A stretch of DNA of 64,000 nucleotides from Escherichia phage 310Ecol104PP. The translations under genes were made by a program, and so were the position numbers. A model generated the notes under the pieces. That model searched no databases and was not told the origin of the DNA. It saw only the letters and a program-made list of their open reading frames with translations. This document shows, piece by piece, positions 1-8,966 of this stretch; position 1 is the stretch's first letter, and each line of letters opens with the position of its first letter. The DNA lies in the sequence record OR062946.1; one strand, 5' to 3'.

Positions 1-126
1 ATATCGCATTTCAGCATTGAACTCGACTGAACCATCTGCATGCATCATGAATGAATGCGTGACGACATCACAATCCCAGCTTTTCATACCCCATTTATTA
101 AGCTGGCGTTTATTTAAACGAGCCAT
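1..126 (-). CDS. hypothetical protein, 5' fragment (gene continues beyond window start)
   Basis: ATG at 126..124 overlaps stop of upstream gene (TAATG); N-term MARLNKRQLNKWGMKSWDCDVVTHSF. Confidence 0.4.
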   Translation of the reverse strand, partial: MARLNKRQLNKWGMKSWDCDVVTHSFMMHADGSVEFNAEMRY

Positions 127-644
127 TAATAACCTCGGTCTTGACGAGCGAAGTTTTCAGCATTTTTCAGATAATAAAGTTTAAAGATTTCTTCAGCTGA
201 CATTCCAAGAGCAATGAATTTATTCATGAAAAAGTGAAATTGATCAATCAGTTCAAATTTAATTTCAAGTTGATCTTCAGGAGATAAGTCTTGAATTTTC
301 TTGGATTGCATTTCAGAATAACGTTTCTTCCAAGGTTTCCATACGGCAGAAGCTTCTTTTTCACCATTACTCATACCACCAAGAGAAGTATATAGCTCGC
401 GAGTTTCATCTGCGATATAATCGTCTTGGTTTCGCAACCAAGCAAGAACTTCTCCTGCAGTTTCAAGTGAATCGGGATGACGATTTGTTTCTGGTTTATC
501 ATTAGCCAAACGAATCTGTAAATGCCGCTGCATATCAAGCATAACCTGCAATGGGTCAATACTGTGCATAATATACTCAGCATATGCACGATTTGCTTTA
601 TCAACACCTTCGATCAAATGAGCACATTCATTAAAGTGAGCCAT
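126..644 (-). CDS. 56: dCTP pyrophosphatase (dCTPase), T4 gp56-like
   Basis: ORF 126..737; probable start ATG at 644 (MAHFNECAHLIEG) after AAAGGA; about 172 aa; directly downstream of primase as in T4. Confidence 0.8.
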   Translation of the reverse strand: MAHFNECAHLIEGVDKANRAYAEYIMHSIDPLQVMLDMQRHLQIRLANDKPETNRHPDSLETAGEVLAWLRNQDDYIADETRELYTSLGGMSNGEKEASAVWKPWKKRYSEMQSKKIQDLSPEDQLEIKFELIDQFHFFMNKFIALGMSAEEIFKLYYLKNAENFARQDRGY

Positions 645-912
645 TATTTTTCCTTTCAATTCATGGGTTAGTAGATTAATTATACAATAAATATATAAAG
701 CAATAAGGAGGACATATGGTACAAAAATTAATGGCACTTGTTAATGCCATAAAAGGTAATAAGAAACGTATAGCTTTTACTATTTCTGCTATGGTAGGAA
801 TTTTACTCTGGAACTTTATTTTATCACCTGTTGCAATTGCACATGGTATTAATATTCCAGTAGTTACTCTTGATACATTCGTAGATTTAGCATTTGCTTT
901 AGTTGGGTTAAT

Positions 913-1941
913 TTAAATCTTAGCATATTTAGATAGCCGCATTTTAGCCATCAACCCCTGGGCAATATTATTTTTCATATATTCCATAATTTGTTCAGGG
1001 GTTGCACCTTCCTTTCTAATCATATCATTAACATCTTTTGATTTCCAGGGAGATTTATCCCAAAACATAACCCTTTCTCCTGCATCAACTAATTTAGTCA
1101 TTCGCTTAATAGTGTCAGGATGACGAGGTTCATTATCTAAAACCCACACTCGTCTATCTTTAAATGGAACAACTTCTAGGTCTAATTGACCACCCGTAAT
1201 AGCTATACCATTTTCAATAAAAAGTGAATCTATAGGTCCTTCTAGAACATATACATCACCATCTTTAACTCGTTCGACTCCATAGATTTTTGTTGCTTCA
1301 GGATAAGCTTTGATAGTGATATATTTTTGGGGAGCATCTTTCTTTAATGCACGTCCTTGAAAAGACTCAGCTTTTCCATTAGCATTATAAATTGGAATAA
1401 CAAGACGAGGCTCAGGTATTTCCTTTTTATATGTTCCCGGTGCTATGCTATTAACTAATTTAGGCCATTCAGTTGTAAACCAAAGATATTTCCATTTATC
1501 CTTTGGAATACAACGAGCTTTTACATATTTTATAATTGGATGGTCTTCCGCCAGTTTATCTAATCTAACACATGACGGAAGAGATTTAATTATTTTCTTC
1601 TCAGGTTGTTTAGGAAGTTCTTTAGGTTTTTCTACTGGACGACTTTTACCTTTTTCTTTTCTTATTTCAAAGATATACTCACGATATAAATCAGGTTCAA
1701 ACTCCTTTAAATATATTCCGATTGGTGCATGATAGTTACAGTTATAACAATGAATATTTCCTTCATTATTATCACCATAATACCATCCACGAGCTTTATT
1801 CTGGTCGGTTTTTGAATCTCCACAAACAGGGCATCTAAACCGCAATTTAAAAGTTGAACTATTATTTACTTGTGTGAATTTAGGTAAATGAGCCAATGCA
1901 CGATATGCAAACTCATTATCAATCCAAGGTATTGATGACAT
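913..1941 (-). CDS. 61: DNA primase gp61
   Basis: 342 aa; MSSIPWIDNEFAYRALAHL, zinc-ribbon CPVCGDSKTDQNKARGWYY...CYNCNYH; matches recalled T4 gp61. Confidence 0.95.
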   Translation of the reverse strand: MSSIPWIDNEFAYRALAHLPKFTQVNNSSTFKLRFRCPVCGDSKTDQNKARGWYYGDNNEGNIHCYNCNYHAPIGIYLKEFEPDLYREYIFEIRKEKGKSRPVEKPKELPKQPEKKIIKSLPSCVRLDKLAEDHPIIKYVKARCIPKDKWKYLWFTTEWPKLVNSIAPGTYKKEIPEPRLVIPIYNANGKAESFQGRALKKDAPQKYITIKAYPEATKIYGVERVKDGDVYVLEGPIDSLFIENGIAITGGQLDLEVVPFKDRRVWVLDNEPRHPDTIKRMTKLVDAGERVMFWDKSPWKSKDVNDMIRKEGATPEQIMEYMKNNIAQGLMAKMRLSKYAKI

Positions 1942-1943
1942 TT

Positions 1944-2108
1944 TTACTCTTCTTTTTCTTTAGATTCCTCTTTTTTCTTTTTAGGAATCTGCTCAGGACC
2001 TTTATTTACTACAGCGCCCGACGTTGTTCCAGTAGAGATATTTTCAGGATTACCACCTGAATCTCCAGCTACCATATCTTCTTTAATAAATTCTTTATAT
2101 GTTTTCAT
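1944..2108 (-). CDS. small protein (T4 61.1 position) with capsid-targeting-like N-terminus
   Basis: 54 aa own translation MKTYKEFIKEDMVAGDSGGNPENISTGTTSGAVVNKGPEQIPKKKKEESKEKEE; not in ORF track (<60 aa). Confidence 0.55.
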   Translation of the reverse strand: MKTYKEFIKEDMVAGDSGGNPENISTGTTSGAVVNKGPEQIPKKKKEESKEKEE

Positions 2109-2154
2109 ATTAACCTCTATTCATAAAAGCATTAAAAATTTGGTCATCAATAGA
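2106..2154. repeat. direct repeat copy A (about 49 nt) at gene junction
   Basis: catattaaCctctattcataaaagcattaaaaatttggtcatcaataga; repeated at 2464..2512 with 1 mismatch. Confidence 0.9.
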
Positions 2155-2466
2155 TGGAATAGCAACCTTTTCGGCATCATTTAGCAAATCATTAATTTCA
2201 TCAGATAGCATAACACATGTGCCTTTATTTCCTGTAATTGTTACTGCACAATTACGAACGTTTTCTTTATCAAATTTTAGGTTAATATTTTCGTAGTGAA
2301 AATCCTTTAATGCCGAATATATCTTTAAAATGAAATTGTCTTTTACTACAATAAACCCAACCTCACTATTAAAACGTGGTTCATGGAAACTGTAATAAAC
2401 CTTTTCATCTATGAAATCGTATGAAATTTTTTCCATTTTTAAATATGAAAATTCAGAACTATACAT
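2110..2466 (-). CDS. hypothetical protein, 118 aa, shares C-terminal module with next gene
   Basis: ORF track; C-terminus ...SIDDQIFNAFMNRG shared with 2468..3094 product. Confidence 0.55.
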   Translation of the reverse strand: MYSSEFSYLKMEKISYDFIDEKVYYSFHEPRFNSEVGFIVVKDNFILKIYSALKDFHYENINLKFDKENVRNCAVTITGNKGTCVMLSDEINDLLNDAEKVAIPSIDDQIFNAFMNRG

Positions 2467-2512
2467 ATTAATCTCTATTCATAAAAGCATTAAAAATTTG
2501 GTCATCAATAGA
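2464..2512. repeat. direct repeat copy B (about 49 nt)
   Basis: catattaaTctctattcataaaagcattaaaaatttggtcatcaataga; pairs with 2106..2154. Confidence 0.9.
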
Positions 2513-3094
2513 AACATTTACTTTAGACTGTTTTTCAGATGGCAATTCATATCCACATATTACAATTTTATGATCAATATCAAAATACACAGAAGCAATA
2601 TGATTAATGATATTTTCAGTGAAGTCTAAATCAACATCAATATCTTTTTGACCACAGCCCAAAGGATAAATAATGCGAGTAATTCGATTATCTTTAACAA
2701 ATATTCCACCGACATACTCTGTGCTGCGTTTAAAGTCTACACGCCGACGAAATGAAAAATATTCAGGCTCTTTATGAGCTCGGCTCATAGGGCACAACGA
2801 ATAACTAGAATAAGAGATGTCAAATCCTACGCCTTCAATATGAGCCAAAGTGTCATGATTAAACCAATTATAATCGTACGCCAAATCCATTAGATTATAA
2901 TATGTAAAAGGCACCGGATTAACATCATTAGTCGCAAGCATGTAATTAGCAATTGCTATAATTTCATTGTTTTTAACGAATACAAACCGTGATTGATGCG
3001 AATGACCTGGACCCGCGTTTTCACGATTAATGATATAACACTGGGCACCTTTATATTTGTATGTATCTTTGCACTTGTGCATTTGATAGAGCAT
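2468..3094 (-). CDS. hypothetical protein, 208 aa (position and size of T4 61.2)
   Basis: ORF track; between 61.1 and sp; ends ...SIDDQIFNAFMNRD. Confidence 0.6.
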   Translation of the reverse strand: MLYQMHKCKDTYKYKGAQCYIINRENAGPGHSHQSRFVFVKNNEIIAIANYMLATNDVNPVPFTYYNLMDLAYDYNWFNHDTLAHIEGVGFDISYSSYSLCPMSRAHKEPEYFSFRRRVDFKRSTEYVGGIFVKDNRITRIIYPLGCGQKDIDVDLDFTENIINHIASVYFDIDHKIVICGYELPSEKQSKVNVSIDDQIFNAFMNRD

Positions 3095-3387
3095 TATTCA
3101 CCTACCACTTCAGCGATGATATTTTTGTTATTAAAGTTTTTATCGCAATACAGAACATAATTATACTGCATTACACCGCCAGACTTAAGTTGTTTTTGTA
3201 CTTCAGCTTTCATTTCAGGACGATCGCGCTCAACGATATTCATAATATCTGCTTCAATTTGAGTTTCAACCTCAGTCTGATCTGCAGTCATAGACCATTC
3301 ACACAAATCTTTATCATAACCTGCCATAGCAGGCTGAGCAGCACAAGAAGCTAAAGCAAAAATTGTAGCAAAGATAAATTTTTTCAT
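3094..3387 (-). CDS. sp: spackle periplasmic superinfection-exclusion protein
   Basis: 97 aa; signal peptide MKKFIFATIFALASCAAQPAMA; matches recalled T4 Sp; precedes dmd. Confidence 0.85.
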   Translation of the reverse strand: MKKFIFATIFALASCAAQPAMAGYDKDLCEWSMTADQTEVETQIEADIMNIVERDRPEMKAEVQKQLKSGGVMQYNYVLYCDKNFNNKNIIAEVVGE

Positions 3388-3447
3388 GATAATCTCCTCA
3401 GTAGTTTATGTTTATATAGTATCTCAATTTCCAACAAAAGTAAACAG

Positions 3448-3705
3448 CTATTTTAAAACTTTTGCATAATCACATGTTACAAACTGTTTCTCTAGCTTGA
3501 CGATTTTACGAAAGTATCTTTTGCATTGGCGAATCTGCCGCTTCGTAGGGCGAACAGCAAACTTAATAAATTCCACTCGACCAAATGGAGGACTTTCTTC
3601 TGCTGGAATATCTAGCACCAATTCCCACGTATCTGCAATAAGTGCTTTGAATTGTGTATTTTTCCTGACGTTATACGGAGTAGGTTTAAATAAAACAATA
3701 TGCAT
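3448..3705 (-). CDS. small basic protein (T4 61.4 position)
   Basis: track ORF starts at TTG; likely ATG at 3705 (MHIVLFKP) with GAGGA SD, 1 nt after dmd stop; 85 aa. Confidence 0.55.
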   Translation of the reverse strand: MHIVLFKPTPYNVRKNTQFKALIADTWELVLDIPAEESPPFGRVEFIKFAVRPTKRQIRQCKRYFRKIVKLEKQFVTCDYAKVLK

Positions 3706-3706
3706 A

Positions 3707-3889
3707 TTATCCTCGGCAATCCACTTCGCACACTTTCTTGTCATCAATGAAAGCTTTAACTAATGCTTTATTAACTTCAGCATATTGAGTAGTAGCCCAT
3801 TGAACGTCATCTTTCATCATTGTGATTTCTTTAGTAAACATGCTTTCATTCTTAAACCACCCCATAAAAACTACCTTTACCAATTCCAT
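3707..3889 (-). CDS. dmd: Dmd, discriminator of mRNA degradation (antitoxin of RnlA/LsoA)
   Basis: 60 aa MELVKVVFMGWFKNESMFTKEITMMKDDVQW; matches recalled T4 Dmd. Confidence 0.9.
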   Translation of the reverse strand: MELVKVVFMGWFKNESMFTKEITMMKDDVQWATTQYAEVNKALVKAFIDDKKVCEVDCRG

Positions 3890-3918
3890 AACAATCTCCT
3901 CATTTAACCAACAAGACT

Positions 3919-3948
3919 ACTATACCATAGTCTTGTCAGCTTGTAAAC
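3919..3948 (-). promoter_or_regulatory. T4-type early promoter upstream of dmd
   Basis: minus strand GTTTAC, 18 nt spacer, TATAGT; -10 lies in loop of inverted repeat CAAGACT/AGTCTTG. Confidence 0.6.
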
Positions 3949-5375
3949 TAAAATTTTAATTCATTCGCCAAAGCATCTAACTGGGCTCGAGTGGATTCAT
4001 TTCTTTGATAGCGATTCTGTTCAGCCTGAATCTGTTGTGAACCTGCTACTTCACTTACTTCAGTTGGAGTAGAATCTTGTTCAATTTCTACCCATTTTTG
4101 ATTTCCTTTTTGAACGCCCATCAAAAACTTATTCCATTTATTCTTATCGCCATATCGTGATTTGATTTGCTTAATGAGTTGTTGTTCAGCAGCTGCTAGC
4201 TCCTCGGTTTCAATGACCGCAAGCATAAAATCAGCTGTTGCTGGAAGACCAGCAGATTCTGCAATATCGCTCATGTTAACATCAGAAGAATCCCAAGCTT
4301 GTTTGCCGACCTGTGCTGCAGTCCAAAGAACAGTTTCGGTTTCAACAGCCAGAGCACGCAATTCCTCTGCAATAGCTTTAACAGTTGTGTAACTATTTTC
4401 TGAATAAACTCTAATGCGGCAAGATTTACAAATACCTAGATAGTCGACAATAATGATTGTTGGAACAAAATTCTTTTTGAGCTTCAATTCATTCAAGAGA
4501 GACCTGAATGTATTAGCATCTGCTCCACCAGTAGGATACTGTTTAACGATTAAACGTCCAAGAGTAGATTTCTCACGCCATTTTTCCATTTTTCCTTTAT
4601 ACTCAGCGTAAGAAATATGCCCATCATCAATATCATCAAGAGAAACATCAAGCATATTAGCATCAATACGCTTAGCACAGACTTCTTCTGCCATTTCCAT
4701 GGAAATGTAAAGAACATTATGTCCGAGCTGCAAATAATCTGCTGCCAATGAACACAATCCTAATGACTTACCAACGTTAACACCAGCCATTAAAACGTTC
4801 AGTGTTCCAGTCTCAGCTCCGCCTTTAGTAATTTTGTTTAGAATTTTAAGTTTAAATGGAACCTTACGAGCTTTATTCATATAAGATAGCCAACGTGCTT
4901 CGTAGTCATCCATCCAATCATGACCAACGTAGCTATCAAATGAAATTGATAATGCTTGGCGCATGATGTCAGGAATAGCACCAACATCCGGCATTTTCTT
5001 ATTTCGTTTTTCCGGAGGAAGCTCAGCATTAGTTTGAATTTCGATTATTTTAGACGTAGCATTAAACATCGCCCTTTGCTGAACATATTTTTCTGTTTCT
5101 TTTACTAACCAGCTGTGGTCTTCTGGAGAATCAGCCAGTTTTGAAATAAGTGTTTTTACACCAGAATATTCTGTTTCAGTAAATGAACTATTTTCTAATG
5201 CAACATTTAACGCATTAATAGATGGAACGCTATGATACTCATTAACATGAGATTTAATTAATTTGAATGTATTTTTAGCTGGACCACTTTCAAAATATTC
5301 TGAATCCATATATGGCCAAACTTTTGAAAAATAAGCTTGATCAAATATGAGATGAGAAAGAATAATTTCTACCAC
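3948..5375 (-). CDS. 41: replicative DNA helicase gp41
   Basis: 475 aa; Walker A GVNVGKS; matches recalled T4 gp41. Confidence 0.95.
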   Translation of the reverse strand: MVEIILSHLIFDQAYFSKVWPYMDSEYFESGPAKNTFKLIKSHVNEYHSVPSINALNVALENSSFTETEYSGVKTLISKLADSPEDHSWLVKETEKYVQQRAMFNATSKIIEIQTNAELPPEKRNKKMPDVGAIPDIMRQALSISFDSYVGHDWMDDYEARWLSYMNKARKVPFKLKILNKITKGGAETGTLNVLMAGVNVGKSLGLCSLAADYLQLGHNVLYISMEMAEEVCAKRIDANMLDVSLDDIDDGHISYAEYKGKMEKWREKSTLGRLIVKQYPTGGADANTFRSLLNELKLKKNFVPTIIIVDYLGICKSCRIRVYSENSYTTVKAIAEELRALAVETETVLWTAAQVGKQAWDSSDVNMSDIAESAGLPATADFMLAVIETEELAAAEQQLIKQIKSRYGDKNKWNKFLMGVQKGNQKWVEIEQDSTPTEVSEVAGSQQIQAEQNRYQRNESTRAQLDALANELKF

Positions 5376-5384
5376 ACTTACTCC

Positions 5385-5741
5385 TTAAAAGAATTTAAAT
5401 TTTTTCTTTGACCTTTTATTAAATGCATCTTGCAGTTGCATTGTAATACATTTTTCTACATGAGGAGCTAACTCAGCTTTTCTTTCTTGGTCAAGAACAG
5501 CAAAGTCCATTACGACTTTTCCATCAACCCAATCTAATTTTGTCACATACACAATGTGTGTAGAACCATCTTCTAGTTTAATGACAATCTCCTGGATAAC
5601 ATTTTCCATAGCGGATTTAATTATCTTAAGAGACTCATTAAAAAGACGTTCTTTTCTTTCTTTTTCCCCCTCCGAAGAGGGGGATTCATCGATAATTTCT
5701 AAATCTAAATCATCTTTATTCATTAAATTCTTCCATATCAC
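5385..5741 (-). CDS. 40: gp40-like protein (head vertex assembly chaperone position)
   Basis: 118 aa, between 41 and uvsX as in T4; positional. Confidence 0.65.
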   Translation of the reverse strand: MIWKNLMNKDDLDLEIIDESPSSEGEKERKERLFNESLKIIKSAMENVIQEIVIKLEDGSTHIVYVTKLDWVDGKVVMDFAVLDQERKAELAPHVEKCITMQLQDAFNKRSKKKFKFF

Positions 5742-6897
5742 TTAACTGTTCGAGGTCAGTTTCTAAATCAGCAGCTGATTTACTTTTACTTTCTGGAGAT
5801 TTAAATTTTTCAACCTTTGAGTTAATCAATTCATCAACTTCAGCTTCAACAATTTCATTACTATCAATAGCACCTAACTGATAAGCACGTTTAATAGCAT
5901 CTCGGAATGGTTGATGCTTAAATAAAGGACCCCAGAATGTAGTGCAGTTAGTATCTTTTGCACGCCAAGATTTTTCTTCGCGAATCATCTCGCCGGTTTC
6001 TTCGTCAAGAAATTCACGAGCATACCAACCATTCTTAGGTTTTACTACAAATCCTAATTCTAGAGCCATATCTAACAATCCAGAATAAGGATCGATGCCA
6101 CCGTCAAATTTAACATCAATAAAGAATTTACTTTTTTCTTTAACGGTACGAGATTTTTCTACATTTAGAACAAATTGATACCCCTGAAGATCAGAACCAT
6201 CTTTAATCTGACGCTTACCGATAATGAATACAGTATCAGCCGAATACATTACGCCTGTACCACCTGTCATCACGGTTTTACTAAACATTTCAATTGTTTC
6301 AATTGTATGGTTAACCGCAACGCACGGAATATTTTTAATGCTAAAATAAGGAGTAACAATACGGAATAATGACTTCAGTGATTTAGCACGAGTCATATCT
6401 GCCACAGATTTTTCATTCAAGGCATCTTCCGTTTCTTTCTTGGAAGCCATATTACCGATTGAGTCGATGAATACAATAACCTTTTCACCACGCTCAATAG
6501 CTTCAAGCTGGTTCACCATATCAATTTTCAGCTGTTCAACTGACTGGATTGGTGTATGAATTACTCGTTCCGGGTCAACTCCCATGGATCGCAAATAAGC
6601 TGGAGTAATACCAAATTCGCTATCATAGAATAGACAAACCGCGTCAGGATATTTGTTCAAATACGCCGCAACCATAGTCAAAGACATATTTGATTTAAAG
6701 TGTTTAGAAGGCCCTGCGAAAATAGTTAAACCAGACTGCATACCACCATCAATCGCACCAGAAATAGCAATATTAAGCATTGGAATTTTTGTACGAATTA
6801 CATCCTTTTCATTAAAGAATTTAGATGTAGTCAGTTCAGCAGTCATTTTAGAAGTGGAAGCTTTAATCAAACGGGATTTTAAATCTGCAATAGACAT
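5716..6897 (-). CDS. uvsX: UvsX RecA-like recombinase
   Basis: 393 aa; MSIADLKSRLIKASTSK..., RecA fold; matches recalled T4 UvsX. Confidence 0.95.
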   Translation of the reverse strand: MSIADLKSRLIKASTSKMTAELTTSKFFNEKDVIRTKIPMLNIAISGAIDGGMQSGLTIFAGPSKHFKSNMSLTMVAAYLNKYPDAVCLFYDSEFGITPAYLRSMGVDPERVIHTPIQSVEQLKIDMVNQLEAIERGEKVIVFIDSIGNMASKKETEDALNEKSVADMTRAKSLKSLFRIVTPYFSIKNIPCVAVNHTIETIEMFSKTVMTGGTGVMYSADTVFIIGKRQIKDGSDLQGYQFVLNVEKSRTVKEKSKFFIDVKFDGGIDPYSGLLDMALELGFVVKPKNGWYAREFLDEETGEMIREEKSWRAKDTNCTTFWGPLFKHQPFRDAIKRAYQLGAIDSNEIVEAEVDELINSKVEKFKSPESKSKSAADLETDLEQLSDMEEFNE

Positions 6898-6974
6898 TCA
6901 TTTTTTCCATAGGCATCATTATATTTTCCTCACTGGTTAAAGATAGAGTAATTATAACACAATAAATTTAGGCA

Positions 6975-7823
6975 TTAATCAACTGCTATTGGATGAATAG
7001 CATTAAACTTATGAAATGCTTCTGATTTTTCTTTACGTGAAACGCACATGCGAAGAACCTTTAATGGTTCGTCTTCTTCACCCAACGATTTTCGTTTTTC
7101 AATATTAGAAGTTTTCCAACGAGCTTGCTCTGGAAACTCTCTATTAATCTGCTCAAGCGCTCTATTATGTTTAGAATTACTACGAATTGAACTGCACCCG
7201 CCAGGAGCTTGTGCTTTTCCAGATACAACTAGATATTTGAACAAGGCCAAATGCGGATAACCTTGATTAATTAAATTGAGAAATGCATACATATCTTCGC
7301 ATAAATCAATTTTTCCATACCCAATTTGTTCTGTCGTAAGTTTTCCGAGGTCATACCATGTATTCGTGAATCCATATGAATTTTCACGATAATTACCCCA
7401 AGATGAAGTAATTTTAAAAATAGGTAGACGAGCATGGCCATGATAATACCCGCAATCCATGGCATCCTCAACATATTGAATCAATTCATAGAACTGTTCA
7501 CGAGTCAATTGATTGACTTTATCTACGCAACGACGATCATCTCTTTTTCGCATTGAACTCATACGAATAGTAGTATCATCGTCAATCATCCAGATTCGTT
7601 GACCTGCATACATATCGGTAATTGCTTTACGAGTACCGGCAATTCCGTTTACATCATCAGGAATAGTTATAATTTTAGCTCTAGACCCATAGGCATCATA
7701 ATAAGCTTTTTCTTCATGTTCACGCACTACAATATGGGGTTCATAATCAGTCGGAAACATATCAAGGGCAGAAACTGCCCCTACACGTTGATAGCTCGGA
7801 ATTACGAATTGAATCATTTCCAC
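6975..7823 (-). CDS. glycosyltransferase at the beta-gt locus (not T4 beta-gt; possibly beta-alpha-glucosyl-HMC transferase type)
   Basis: 282 aa; FVIPSYQR and IWMIDDD (DXD-like) motifs; does not match recalled T4 beta-gt (MKIAIINMGNN...). Confidence 0.6.
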   Translation of the reverse strand: MEMIQFVIPSYQRVGAVSALDMFPTDYEPHIVVREHEEKAYYDAYGSRAKIITIPDDVNGIAGTRKAITDMYAGQRIWMIDDDTTIRMSSMRKRDDRRCVDKVNQLTREQFYELIQYVEDAMDCGYYHGHARLPIFKITSSWGNYRENSYGFTNTWYDLGKLTTEQIGYGKIDLCEDMYAFLNLINQGYPHLALFKYLVVSGKAQAPGGCSSIRSNSKHNRALEQINREFPEQARWKTSNIEKRKSLGEEDEPLKVLRMCVSRKEKSEAFHKFNAIHPIAVD

Positions 7824-8554
7824 TCACCGTTATAATCTTTTTTCACAATATGAGTTTCGCCAGTATTCCACCAATGATCAACCAAGTAAAAATGACGAGA
7901 ATATACATGAAGACTTCCAACATTCCATATAATAGAGCCTGCTTTATACTGACGAGTTGAATCGCCTGCATTCAAATCAGATACTAATTTATCTAATACG
8001 TATTTTTGCCATGCATAATCATTACGGAATCCGAAGACCACGTCATTTGAGCGCATGCTTACTACTGCATTGACTTTCTTATCACGAATCAGGTACTGTA
8101 CCGTATTAGTACACATGAAATCTGACATGCCATCTTTATTGTAGTCAAATTGCATGGATGGACGAGTATAAATCATGATACCACGTCGAGAATCAGGATT
8201 TTGACCAAGTTCAGCTAAACACATATCATACTGGGCATAGTTATCTTCTGACCAAATAGCCCAACCATAATTCGAGTTAATTTCGCCTTTAGAAGATGCT
8301 ACCTGCTGCCAAATCTTTGGTGTTTCACCTGGAATATCTTTAACAAACAAGCTCTTAGATTTATACCATTCAAGTTCACGCTGAATGTATTCATCATTAA
8401 GAGCGCCAAAAATAAACGGTTCATCTGCTACAAATGATGCGCCAATAATTTCAATAGTTTTAACACCAGTTTTATCAACTACGAAATCTTTTTCTTTTAA
8501 TGCAAGCCCCAAATGAAGACGGATTTCTTCAACTGTCATAGAGTCACTAATCAT
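7814..8554 (-). CDS. 42: dCMP hydroxymethylase gp42
   Basis: 246 aa; matches recalled T4 gp42. Confidence 0.95.
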   Translation of the reverse strand: MISDSMTVEEIRLHLGLALKEKDFVVDKTGVKTIEIIGASFVADEPFIFGALNDEYIQRELEWYKSKSLFVKDIPGETPKIWQQVASSKGEINSNYGWAIWSEDNYAQYDMCLAELGQNPDSRRGIMIYTRPSMQFDYNKDGMSDFMCTNTVQYLIRDKKVNAVVSMRSNDVVFGFRNDYAWQKYVLDKLVSDLNAGDSTRQYKAGSIIWNVGSLHVYSRHFYLVDHWWNTGETHIVKKDYNGEWK

Positions 8555-8561
8555 TTAAACC

Positions 8562-8711
8562 TCAATTGATACATTCATATTTAACTTGTAACAGTAATAA
8601 ACCCCACCCTATGATAAGAGTTGGAATCATAGCAGGAACTGTTACGCTATAGTATATACTTATTATAACCATTAAGATTAAAAGCAACACTGCTATAATT
8701 TTGCTTTTCAT
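8562..8711 (-). CDS. small hydrophobic protein, 49 aa
   Basis: own translation MKSKIIAVLLLILMVIISIYYSVTVPAMIPTLIIGWGLLLLQVKYECIN; ATGA overlap with imm stop. Confidence 0.4.
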   Translation of the reverse strand: MKSKIIAVLLLILMVIISIYYSVTVPAMIPTLIIGWGLLLLQVKYECIN

Positions 8712-8959
8712 TCCTTCTCTCTGATGATAATTACCTGATTTGGCTGTACAGACTTTTTAGTTTCACCCGCAATTGACCAAATAAATGTAATAAACCAACC
8801 AATAATTGACCAGTTAAACAGTAAAGATGTGAAAAAGATTCCTACTGTCGATTTTGACCCACGCATCAAGGCGATGAACCATGGAAGCATGTATATAATA
8901 ATAGCCAACACGCCTGAAACTAAAACCATAAAAATTGAACCTGCTACTAAAGTTTCCAT
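8708..8959 (-). CDS. imm: Imm superinfection immunity membrane protein
   Basis: 83 aa, two hydrophobic helices; position between 43 and 42. Confidence 0.75.
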   Translation of the reverse strand: METLVAGSIFMVLVSGVLAIIIYMLPWFIALMRGSKSTVGIFFTSLLFNWSIIGWFITFIWSIAGETKKSVQPNQVIIIREKE

Positions 8960-8966
8960 CTTTTCC

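Noticed and set aside
716-916. 66-aa hydrophobic plus-strand ORF between genes 56 and 61
   Set aside because: Opposite strand to all neighbours, overlaps the 5' region of gene 56 and the 3' end of 61, and has no clear RBS; probably an artefact in the promoter/origin-like intergenic region. A small membrane peptide cannot be excluded.
1445-1732. Antisense plus-strand ORFs inside minus-strand genes (e.g. 1445..1732, 4162..4392, 14517..14933, 17643..18026, 31986..32408, 47574..47936, 60008..60193)
   Set aside because: Each lies fully within a well-supported gene on the opposite strand, has low-complexity composition and no promoter or RBS; treated as spurious.
6897-6975. Looked for a GIY-YIG/HNH gene between uvsX and the glycosyltransferase (segA position in T4), inside the tRNA array (segB position) and between the nucleotidyltransferase gene and rI (mobD position)
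   Set aside because: No ORF with endonuclease motifs at any of these sites; the only homing endonuclease in the window is the HNH gene at 15892..16608.
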